The notes below the pieces were generated by a model, which saw only the letters and a program-made list of their open reading frames with translations, did no database searches and had not been told where the DNA came from. DNA of 32,861 nucleotides from Nemertoderma westbladi (lineage: Eukaryota > Animalia > Xenacoelomorpha), in assembly GCA_032718475.1 (NCBI GenBank), contig JAUCBJ010005040.1:1-32861 (forward strand). The letters run 5' to 3'. Below, in pieces: positions 1 through 10,252 of this stretch. Numbering within the stretch: the stretch's first letter is position 1; each line of letters opens with the position of its first letter. The translations under genes and the position numbers were made by a program.

Positions 1-485
1 GTTAGGTTTCGGTATGGAGATGGTGTTCTGCGCAATAAAATAATTATCTTATATTTAATTATTTAAGAGGCAATAAATATACTTTAGTATTTTAGCCGCA
101 CAAACTTTCATAACATGTGTGGTAGTGGAAAATATTGAAGTAATTAAATGACTATTTTAAGACTATTTTAATTGCAAAATTATATTATATTAAGAAATTT
201 ACTGCTTAAATTTACTTGCACATGCCTTAAACCACAAAGCCACTGAACTTACCAATGGAGATATTTCCAGTGACCATACCATGGACCAATCGCAGGAGAC
301 ATCTACCTTCTCACCTGTGACACCTTCACATGTGCAATGTGGGCAGTGCTGAAAGGCTATGCAACCAATACAGAACCAAACTACTATGTTTGTATGTTGG
401 ATGGGCTAAATGTCTAGCATCAATAAGCTAAACTTGGAACCACCATTATACTATCAGCTGGCTATGATGCCACTACTGCTCAAAT

Positions 486-852
486 TTTGGCGCCCCTTGG
501 AAGGTGCCCCCCCCCCCCCCTTCTGCACGCCACTGCACGTTTCGGAAACAAGCTACAGTTCGAAGAAGAAAACTTTGAAGAAAATTTCCCGATTTTTTCC
601 CGAATTCCCAAAGTTCCAGAATTTTACAAAAATATCAGAGTGTTTTATAATGGATATCTCCGGGTAGTAACTAAATTTTGAAAAAAAATAGAAGTCTTTT
701 CCCAGAGAGGTCTGTTTTCGAGCAAGTCGGTACCCACTGGTACGGATTTACCACATTACCTTTCGCTAGGGAGGGGGCAAGCCCCCCCCCCCCAAGATAC
801 CTGCGGAGGGGCAGATGCCCCCTTGCCCCCCCCCCCCCTAGAACCGCCACTG
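486..852. mobile_element. remnants of CAGTGGCG-terminated (hAT-like) MITEs
   Basis: Two C-run-rich segments each end in CGCCACTG (ending 535 and 852), typical of right ends of such MITEs. Partner TIRs and TSDs were not found. Confidence 0.4.
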
Positions 853-1254
853 TCTACCGAGCATCACCATCCTGTCCCATAATAACTTCGTAGCGGCTTT
901 GTGTCGACGGTCGAAAAATGACCATACAGTAGTGCTTTTTTTCTGACCTTCGTCCTGGAACCCTACGCAGCCGGGTACTATATAGCTATACACCGGCTTT
1001 CATTGCAGTAAAGAAAAGTGTAGGCGCCGTATAACCGCGGTATAATCAGTTTTCAGATCTAGCTCCTCTACTAATTTATTATGCCCTATATTAATTAAAT
1101 AAAACACCGCAAAGATAGGTGGAATATTCTGATATTCAATTAAAGGGATATTGCGTTAGAGAAACTGTGATAGGCAAAACAGAAGTAGGCCTAAGCAGCT
1201 AGGCTTGTACAGTCTGCAGTCTGACAGTTGTAGCTAGAATAATTGCTGAATTGC

Positions 1255-1279
1255 ATCGGATCGGATCGGATCGGATTGG
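1255..1279. repeat. (ATCGG)n microsatellite
   Basis: atcggatcggatcggatcggattgg. Confidence 0.85.
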
Positions 1280-2524
1280 ACGGCATCTGACATATAATTC
1301 TACCTCGAATCCTGCAATCAGTCAATACTGCAATACTGGTCAGCCGGTACCATACACTGCAGACATGCCATATCATGTAATCTAATTAAACATGGCCCCG
1401 GAACCCTTGCGGTGATTATAGTTTAGGCCTAATTAGCCCAGTACCGGCACCGGTAATAATAATATAATAGTTTAGATAGTTACCGCTAATCATTCAGTCA
1501 TTGGCACGGTACACCGTATTGCTGTACTGCCGTTGTAGTGCGCACCGTAGGTACCACCCATGGCCTACTACACACAGGCCATGACAAGGACTTTGCTGTG
1601 AAATTAGCGTAGGCTGACTGTGCTGATTATGGTACTGTCAGACTGTGGTACCTAAGCTATATACTGTTAGGTATATTGCTGTATTGGGGTGGGGTTAGGA
1701 ATAATCCATTTGTTTTAGCATTGAACTGTTGAATCCCCTATTTATTATAAAACCATTGGAAATATTCGCAAATGCCGCTCCATTACTGTCTGAAACGCTC
1801 CCGACAGTCCGATGTATCTGGACCCGAGCAGCCGAGTTGCTTCAAGAGGTGATTAACGGGGGAATACTACGCAGTGCTACGGAATTGCTTGTTTGTCACT
1901 ACGATTCTATTTCGATTCTTACTACACTCAGACACTGGGAATACGGCGGTCGGTCAGATCGTAATGCGGGCCACTGCCAAGTTCCTCATGCCTCACTCCG
2001 GTCACCCACCTTGGAGTGCGGTGGGAAGAGTCCCACTTACTGACTTACGTCGACGACTGGACGAATCGACGAGGATTGCGATCTGGGTTTAGCGGCGGCC
2101 CGGATCCTGGTATCGCCTGGGGGAAATGGTTGAACGCCGGGCATACTTGTATCGCACTGGATTACGTTCTCTGCGACGTGAAAGTGTGAAGCGAATTCGT
2201 TGTCGAATTGGGTCGAAAGCTGCGGGAATTCTACTGTTCTACGGGAGTAAACCGCAGCGGTCCGGTGACTACGGACGGATACTACTGGGATAAGCAGGTA
2301 TTTCGATCGAGTTTCTCGTATTCTCGATGCTCGACAGCTCGAGGCGGATAGAGAGTTGGTTGTGTTGGGCGGTGTTGTTCAATTCTATCAAACGTATTAA
2401 ATAATTGGTAAAATAATAAAAACACACCAGATAAAGATACTGAGCTTATGGTAAAGAGATAGGCCGAACTTACAATTTCCAAATAGATTGTTCATATAAT
2501 AAATATATTTTTGGTATTTGATTT

Positions 2525-2706
2525 CAAGATAGGGGGGGGGGGGGGGGGGGGGATTGGACGCAATAAAAATTAATCCCTCTCCAGGGGAAATTGGACGCAA
2601 ATAACAACAGCTGATTACTCTCAAAAATAAAACTGTAACCTGTTCTATTGTGTTTACTTTATTGTTTTGGTTAAAATAACGTGCCACTGTAACCTGCTCC
2701 TTTCCC
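2525..2706 (+). repeat. dispersed repeat fragment, inverted relative to 18110-18225 and to the 68-bp array at 16905-17395
   Basis: ggggaaattggacgcaaataacaacagctgattactctcaaaa..tgtaacctgtt matches the reverse complement of about 18120-18185. tttattgttttggtt...ctgtaacctgctcctttccc is the reverse complement of the 68-bp unit. Confidence 0.75.
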
Positions 2707-3149
2707 AAGCTGCATCCCTAGGTATTATTATTATAAAGAGCGTCAGCCTGCGTTTAATAAATATATTTTAATACAAAACAGGTCGAACACAAAGAGGCTT
2801 ATAATGAAGACGAGTACTGCATTGATTATATTCCTATAAACCACCTGGCTTTGCATATTGAACGTGCGTTTGGAAATAAGTTCGTGCTACCCTTCCGTGG
2901 GTGGTAGATGTCGCGGTTATGTATTGGTGGGTGGGGGGAGGGGGGGGGGGTGCAGATTAAAAGGGGTGAACACGTACTTTCCCCCTTTCTTTGATTAATT
3001 GGTGGTGTGGGTTAATCTCTCATAACCTGATTTTGTGATACAGTCGCACAATTTTAATTTGTATCTCATAACTGGGCCTCGTGCTGCGCGAAGGCCCCAC
3101 GAACGTGTCATTTTATTTCGCTAGATACCAAGGGGAAGGCCATATTAGA

Positions 3150-3870
3150 CGACAATATAGTTTTCAATGGGGAGACAATTACATCAACGCTAGTATGCAA
3201 GTATATGGGATTGCCTATTCCTTGCGATCAAGCATCAATGTTTTCTTTTCTAAATGGGAAGATTTGGGGTAATGCAGCTCAAATGACCCGGAATGGGTTT
3301 TCAATTACCGATGTCCCCTTAAAAATAACCAAACTGATATGGAATGTGATTTGTATCCCAAGTATTATCTATGGAGCAGCAAGTCTATCTTCTAATAACA
3401 TTGATGTTATTGCGAAACAGATAAGAAAGGCTATGCGCTAGATTCTACATTTAGACAACAAGATATCAAACTATATGTTATATAAGTTGTTTGACTTGAA
3501 TATAGAGGTGCTACTAAGGCTACAACAATTCAATTTCATCCATCGGATATTCAATACCGGAAATTCTAAGATAACATGGCTCTTCACGAATATCCTCTGT
3601 GATCATTGTATTGGCTCTACCATAGATATGTTCTCTTCTTATAAAATTTCGTCATGGGAATACGAGTTACCTAACTTATTGTCCCTAGCTGTGTCAAGTT
3701 ATTCTACCAAACACTGTGGCAACAAAGTTAAGAAAACATGTAATGATCTTATGTCTCACAAAGAGGAGTTTTTATCTATTTATTGTATTGATATTTTAAA
3801 TAAATATAACTTAAACACTTTTGCACGACTATCAGTACTAAAAGAAATGTTAATGTAAATTTTAATTTAA
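3150..3870 (+). pseudogene. degraded C-terminal part of a non-LTR retrotransposon RT ORF (family distinct from the RTE copies)
   Basis: Broken frames give ..FQWG..YMGLPI.., then LIWNVICIPSIIYGA..IRKAMR*ILHL..SNYMLYKLF, resembling the post-RT thumb region of LINE ORF2. Contains in-frame stops. Confidence 0.5.
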
Positions 3871-3889
3871 TTTAAAACCCAACAACCCG

Positions 3890-5254
3890 TGGATCTTTTC
3901 GAGAAATCTCATTAATCTCGATTGCTGCAAAGCTATACAACAGAATTCTATTAAATCGCATCAGGGATCCTGTTGAGAGACTGTTACGTAGGAACCAAAA
4001 TTGGTTCCGTAAAGGTCGTGGGACAATGGAGCTTATTCTGGAACTTAGAAGGACAATCTAAGAGTTATCAATAAAGAAGGTCAGACAACTAGCTATAATC
4101 TTTGTTGATTTCTTTAAAGCCTTCGACTCAGTCTCCCGACCACGTATGTTCAGCATACTGGTAGCATATGGGATTCCTTAGCAAAATTATTGCAACTTTC
4201 AGATCACTGTACGATGGTTCCACCACATTGTGTCTACTGCTAATTGTGAACCAGATCTATTCGAAGTCTTATGGGGAGTCCTTCAGGGTGACACACTTAC
4301 ACCATTCTTATTCGTAATTGTGGTTGATTATGTTCTACACATGTCCTTAGACCATCTTAATGAAGATGGGGTGATGTTATCACCCCCTACGGGCACAAGA
4401 AGTAAAGGAAATCCAGCTAAGTACCTTACTAATCTAGACTTTGCTGAAGACTTAGGCACTTAGGGGTACTTTTAGAATCACTAGAGGGAGCCCAAAGGAT
4501 TGCAGCAGGTTGCTTCTAGTGTTGGTCTTTTTGTAAATTCCAAGAAGACCAAAATTATGACAGTCAACCTAGACAGCGCTCAAGAAATGTCTGATCGTAA
4601 GGGCATAAGCTCTAGGGACGGCTTGCTTGAGCTCGTGGATGACTACTTGCTACTTTGGGATCATGGATCAGAAAGTCAGGTGAAGACCTTCGGATACGTA
4701 AGGGGAAGGCATGGACAGCGTTAAATAGTCTATCCAGGATTTGGGAGTCCCATAAAATAAAACGGAACCTTAAGGTTCAACTATTTATGGCAGCAGTAGT
4801 ACCAGTCCATGCTGGGCTCTAACTGCAGAGGATACCAAATCTCTGGATGGCACATTCACAAGAATGCTACGCCGGGTTAACTGTGTCAAGTACAATGCAC
4901 ACATCTCCAACCAGACACTATATAACATTGGAGGTCTTCCATTAATCTCCCCTAGCTTGACACAACGGAACCGCCTTCGCTTTGCAGGACATTGCTTTCG
5001 CCGTGAGGACCAGCCAGTGCGTAATCTTGTGCTTTGGCACCCTCATGGAGCGAATAAGCATGGTGGACAGCCCATGACTTTCTTAAGACGCATCTTAAAG
5101 GACACTAGTCTTGAAAATGTGGATGATCTTGCAAATGTCATGGGTGATAGGGTGTTGTGGAAATTTTGTCGACAGGCCAGCACAGCATTCTTAATATATA
5201 TGTAATATATATATAATGCAGCTGCAATGCAGCATGCCGATCGTAGTAGTAGTA
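3890..5254 (+). mobile_element. 5'-truncated, decayed RTE-type LINE (copy 1)
   Basis: RT motifs in broken frames (IFVDFFKAFDS, GVLQGDTL.PFLF, LDFAEDL) and C-terminal RLRFAGHCFRR..LVLW.PHG. 3' end atgcagctgcaatgcagcatgc followed by a (TAG)n tail. Collinear with 12638-14029. Confidence 0.92.
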
Positions 5255-5399
5255 TAGGAGTGTTTTACAGTGTGTAGTAACTGCAATTAAGTGATTAAAG
5301 GTATGAATTTAAAAATATTCTTAAAAGTGATTTATTCAGCTTTCAAAACCCCAATAATTGAATGAAATTGGTTGTTTAGAGTTAAATGACCCTTGAGAA

Positions 5400-5775
5400 T
5401 TAATTTCATTGGCTGAAATTGACGACGTAGAGACGAAATCCCCCGAGGCAATGTCGTAATTTTGTTCCGACATAGTATTGTGCAATTCTTCTTGAGATTC
5501 GACTATTTTTTGTATTATCACCTTCTCTTTGGCGAATAACCCATTTAACTCGTTTTATGACGTTTTTTAGCGTACTGATCACATAGTGTAGTTGTTTAAC
5601 GCTCTTCAACTTCGACGGAATGTGGGGGATGAATGACCGAGGCATCAGTGCTTCGTGCTTACAGTGTAACAGGAATTTCTTAGAATTCTGACAACAGGCC
5701 AGTTGTTTGTTTTGGTTATATAATGTGTTGTAAAACTTAGCGGTTTCGACCCGTACCGCGAATTCCAGATATATT
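5400..5775 (-). pseudogene. possible N-terminal fragment of a Penelope-like element ORF
   Basis: Open minus frame ..FYNTLYNQNKQLACCQNSKKFLLHCKHEALMPRSF..LKNVIKR.., then frameshift to ..SQEELHNTMSEQNYD. This resembles the FLLxC....L.P motif I recall from PLE ORF N-termini. Motif recall only. Confidence 0.35.
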
Positions 5776-6727
5776 AACTAATAATTATTAATTATATATA
5801 TTGCGTTATATATTGGGTTTCTAGTTATATGTTATATTCTCTACCACTATATTCTCACATTCCTAAACTTAATTAGTTTTCTAATTTTTGGTGCAGTTTT
5901 TTCGTACATAGTGAATTCTAGAATAGAATACTTAATCTAATCAATACATAATTTAATCTAGAATTCTTAATCACCTTTCTAATTTTTAGTGAAGTTTTTT
6001 CGTACAGATCTAGAATCGTCCTGTAACGTTTGTATATTATATTCTGTACCTCTGTAATATTCGCACACTCTTAAGCTTAATTACTTAATTATTTGTTAAT
6101 TATTATTTTCATTGAATTTACTTTAAAAATTGGCGAACGAGCCCTTCAGTAGATGCCTTTACATTTCTAAATCAGGCCTAATATTTGTGCGGGAAATTTA
6201 ACATTTGCCATGTTATACCGGTAGGCTACACTACAGTGCAGTTGTTGTTGCTTTAGTAGATCGATAAATGACTGCCTGGCAAAACGATTATAATCGCACA
6301 TTTTTACATAAATTGCATGAAATAATTATAAAAATCGAATGTTTGTGTTCGCGCTTTCAGACCTTTAGCAGTTTAACCTGCCATTTTTAATTGTCCTCTT
6401 ATTTATAAATCGACTTTAGCCTTTACCAATTACATAGTGTACTGAAGTTACATCCGCCGAAGCCAGTCCGTGCGCGGCGTATGACCCACGATGTGGGGGA
6501 CTGGGTTCGGGTTCCTTGGGAAGTATTGCAGTGTAGACCTACTGTATTATTCGATTGATCACTACTATATAATCTCTGACAACTATATTTACTTTCGGGG
6601 AAATATTAACAGTTCCTTTAGGACTTGGCGCTTTAAGTATAAAAACAGAGTTATGACTTATACTAATCACAACTAGATGGCCACAGAGTTTCGTAAATAG
6701 CGCATTCTTTAGGAGATGCTTTATTAA

Positions 6728-6778
6728 CCTTCACACGACTTCACACGACTTCACACTACTTTACACTACTTCACACTA
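6728..6778. repeat. 10-bp tandem repeat (CTTCACACGA/CTTCACACTA) x5
   Basis: cttcacacgacttcacacgacttcacactactttacactacttcacacta. Confidence 0.85.
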
Positions 6779-7472
6779 ATTTGCCGACCGTCACTGAATT
6801 TGATCATATATAATGAGGATTGCAACTGACACACGTAGGGATTATGAAATAGCATTTAATTCACACAAAACCACTATAATTTAAGTCGCAGTTGCTACCG
6901 GTAGACTCCTTTCCTCTTACCTCAGTAATCAATAAGATAGAGGGGTTTATGATTATTTATCGGTATTCTCCAAATATAACATCAACATCCATTAATATAA
7001 CAACAATTAATACTATAAACAGAAGTAAAATAGTGCGGTGAACAGTCAGTATGTGTATGAAATGAATGACGATGCAATGCGATGTGACAATTTAATAGAT
7101 TTACGTTCTTATAACCAAGGCCATCAGATGTTCCTGGGCCAAAGTCTGAAACTTCCGTACAGAAGCACAGAATTCTGAGTTGAATCTAATTCTCAGAAAA
7201 ATAATAATAACCATCATGCATTGCGCGAGTTTCTCAGGTAGGTCTCTATTAGCCGTAAAGTGAAATCGCTCTGATTGGCTGAATAAGACAGAACAAAGAA
7301 ACCTCCACGTACACAGAGAATCAGCTGACAGATTTCGTCATCTAATTCCTTTCCGACGCGTAGTTGAATAATTTTAGGGCTATTTTAGAGTATTCTGCGC
7401 ATTGCGTAAAAATGACTTGTTATGTCCGCAAAAGCTTTTACAGTTTGTTTCCCCTTCCCTTTCCGTCTGTAG

Positions 7473-7639
7473 GTTCAACAGGTTTGCCAGCAGTACAACA
7501 TGCCAGGTGCTAGCAGCAATCCCTATACAACCAGTTCTATGGCCGAACTTAGTGCGAAGTGGGGCCAGATGATGGGTTTTATACCGCAGAGAGAGTCGAA
7601 ACTCAACAAGGAATATGCGAGACAACAGAACAACGAAAG
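7473..7639 (+). CDS. ACTN: alpha-actinin internal exon A (end of spectrin repeat 3 / linker)
   Basis: Pyrimidine tract + AG at 7471-7472 and GTATGT donor at 7640. Translates VQQVCQQYNMPGASSNPYTTSSMAELSAKWGQMMGFIPQRESKLNKEYARQQNNE(R), matching the actinin NPYTT...W...P.R...L..E..RQQ.NE pattern. 167 nt, ends phase 2. Confidence 0.93.
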
Positions 7640-7807
7640 GTATGTTTTATTAGTAAAATAATTTGAGTTGAGGCAGTTGTGTGTTGTGGTCGTTGGGGGT
7701 TTCAATAAAGTTGTCTTCAACATGTTTTGTAAAGTTTATCTTATTCAGTAGATTCTTATTTACTAGTTATATTTCTCGCAACTTTAGTCGTCTAGTGGTG
7801 CTAAAAC

Positions 7808-8412
7808 CAAGGACTTCTAGAACATAGTATATATTCTGGAAAATGAACACTTATTGTGAATAAAAATTAAGTAAAGTTTTTCAGCCGTTAGGTCGGGATT
7901 ACATTACGCACAAAGTTATTTGACTTATTCTCAGTAAATAAACAGTAAATTTCCAGTAAACAATAATAAGTCTAACAAGTCTAACTGTACTCTGAGATAA
8001 CCGTATCAAAACTGCCTCCGTACAGATTATACATATTTCGAAATATTGTGGCTCGTATATTTTATTAGGAGTTCGGTTTCAGTGGTAGATACAGTTATTA
8101 TTTCACACAACTTATTTCAAAGGTTATTTCGAATATCTTTCAACAGTTAGTTATTTTGTACTAATAAATTATCGCTAGCAAATTGTCGTAAAATATTTAC
8201 ATTAAGTACATTAGTACATTAGGTTGTTAGCAATACAAATTAAAAACATTAAAAACGTTTGCATTAAAAACAATGAAAGGAAATTGAGAAGTTTACTTCT
8301 GTAAATTAAAGTAATTAGGCCTACACTGAATAGAAAAAACCGGCCTCTAATAAAATTAACACTATATGCGAGCATCGCGTCCTGAATATATACTATGTTC
8401 TAGAAGTCCTTG
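7808..8412. mobile_element. 605-bp MITE, P-element-like
   Basis: 29-bp perfect TIR CAAGGACTTCTAGAACATAGTATATATTC at both ends and a 7-bp TSD CTAAAAC (7801-7807, 8413-8419). CA- termini with a 7-8 bp TSD fit the P superfamily. Non-coding interior, inside the actinin intron A-B. Confidence 0.9.
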
Positions 8413-8579
8413 CTAAAACATATGGAGAGCGGATAACTTTTTTTAAAAGACGAACAGCTGTTAGTTCTGGTAGTTGAATGTTTTCTTTTATACTAGTAGC
8501 TCATACTTAGTATTCCTGTTTATTTATAGTATAGTTAGGGCCGTTTAGCCAAACTAATTGAGGAATGCATTTTTCTCAG

Positions 8580-8709
8580 ATTACGACACCAGTTTGCTCA
8601 GAAAGCCAACGTGATTGGACCGTGGATCGAAAGACAAATGGAAGCTCTTGCTGCTATTGGTCAGTCTATGTCGGGAACTCTGGAAGGACAACTGAAAAAA
8701 GTACAGCAG
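8580..8709 (+). CDS. ACTN: alpha-actinin exon B (spectrin repeat 4 start)
   Basis: ttttctcAG acceptor, GTATGT donor at 8710. (R)LRHQFAQKANVIGPWIERQMEALAAIGQSMSGTLEGQLKKVQQ matches actinin LR.QF...ANVIGPWI...GTLE.QL. Phase is compatible with exons A and C. Confidence 0.95.
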
Positions 8710-9048
8710 GTATGTTGTCAAGGCGACAAGCTATCATATTATTAGTACTATTATAGTGAAACAAATACACCGTGTATCATTAAAAATAACAATTTTCAAA
8801 ATATCATGGTTAAAAAGAAGTATAATGATTTCGCCAAGTTGAGATGATCCTTTAATGTCCTCTAGTGCAAATTGCGTAGTTATGCAAAGGGAGTACAGGG
8901 CTACCGGTACTGGTAAACAGCGGCAGTAACCGGTAAAAAAAAGTAAACGGTAAAAAAACAGAACCGGTAAAAAACCGATGCTCCCCGTTAAAGGGGATGA
9001 CCAGCGCTTGTCTGCCGGTATCTCAATTGTATTCTGTATTTTTTGTAG

Positions 9049-9206
9049 TACGAAGCCGCCGTCCATAATTACAAACCTAACATCGATGAATTAGAAGAGA
9101 TTAACCAACAGGTGCAGGAGAACTTCGTTTACGATAACCCCCACACTCCTTATACAATGGAGACATTGCGAGTCGGGTGGGAGCAGTTGCTTACCTGTAT
9201 AGCGAG
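9049..9206 (+). CDS. ACTN: alpha-actinin exon C (spectrin repeat 4)
   Basis: ttttgtAG acceptor, GTAGGT donor at 9207. [52 protein letters not shown](R) contains the hallmark [13 protein letters not shown] motif. Confidence 0.96.
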
Positions 9207-9540
9207 GTAGGTATTCCACCCCCACCCCCACTCCTTATACAAGGGTGGGAGCAGTTGCTTACATGTATAGCGAGGTAGGTATTCCACCCCCACACTCCTT
9301 ATACAAGGGTGGGAGCAGTTGCTTACATGTATAGCGAGGTAGGTATTCCACCCCCACCCCCACTCCTTATACAAGGGTGGGAGCAGTTGCTTACATGTAT
9401 ATCGAGGTAGGTATTCCACCCCCACACTCCTTATACAAGGGTGGGAGCAGTTGCTTACATGTATAGCGAGGTAGGTATTCCACCCCCACACTCCTTATAC
9501 AAGGGTGGGAGCAGTTGCTTACCTGTATAGCGAGGTAGGT
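9207..9540 (+). repeat. 64/68-bp minisatellite derived from the actinin exon C 3' end and 5' splice site
   Basis: Five units attccacccc(c)ac..ctccttatacaa-gggtgggagcagttgcttac(a/c)tgtatagcgag|gtaggt. GT donors at 9207, 9275, 9339, 9407, 9471 and 9535. Confidence 0.95.
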
Positions 9541-10079
9541 AATCCGAGCTTAGGAGAAGTTGGTTATTTTCACAACTTGGTAAGATAATTAAATCAGGAT
9601 AATTAAATCGTGCTGGAGCTCATGTGTAGTTCATGTAGTCTGTCAAAAGTCTGACATAATTTGCGTGGGGGACTCAGCAGTTCTTCAGTCTGCCACTGCC
9701 ACTATGGTATACCCATATGTGCTTGCTTACTTTGTCCTGCGTGAAGGCCCAACGAATGTGTACATTTATACAGTAATAATAGGCACATAACTGGTCTGTA
9801 CCAGAGGTTATTGAATTCTAATGTATTCTAGCAAACTCTCAGTCAAAATCTGGAATTGTCCGTTTTCTAAGCTACTACTACTAGCTGGAGCGAGCTCGGA
9901 CATTGATGAATTGCGTTTTCTAAGCTACTATGTACAGTATATATTACAGCTATTTTACATGTATAATATTGGTAAACATGATACAGTAAGTACCTCATTC
10001 TGAGGGCAAACACCTGCTTATATTCTGTTTAATATGTTAGAGGAGAAACACCTGCTTATTCTGTTTAATTTGTTATTAG

Positions 10080-10252
10080 GAACATAAATGAGTTGGAGAA
10101 CCAAATACTAACGCGTGAAGCCAAGGGTATAACAGAAGCCCAACTGCAGGAGTACCGAGCCTGTTTCAATCACTTCGATAAGAAACGAACCCTTCAGTTG
10201 GAACCAAAACACTTCCGAGCTTGTTTGGTTTCTTTAGGCTACAACATAGCCG
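10080..10252 (+). CDS. ACTN: alpha-actinin exon D (end of rod, EF-hand 1)
   Basis: ttattAG acceptor, GTGAGT donor at 10253. (R)NINELENQILTREAKGITEAQLQEYRACFNHFDKKRTLQLEPKHFRACLVSLGYNIA matches actinin INE.ENQILTR.AKGI...FNHFD...CL.SLGY. Confidence 0.96.

Noticed and set aside
1-7472. Upstream actinin exons
   Set aside because: I could not find spectrin-repeat or CH-domain coding sequence. They probably lie before the window, although a small exon could have been missed.
9150-9491. 113-aa minus-strand ORF
   Set aside because: Antisense reading of the exon-derived minisatellite.
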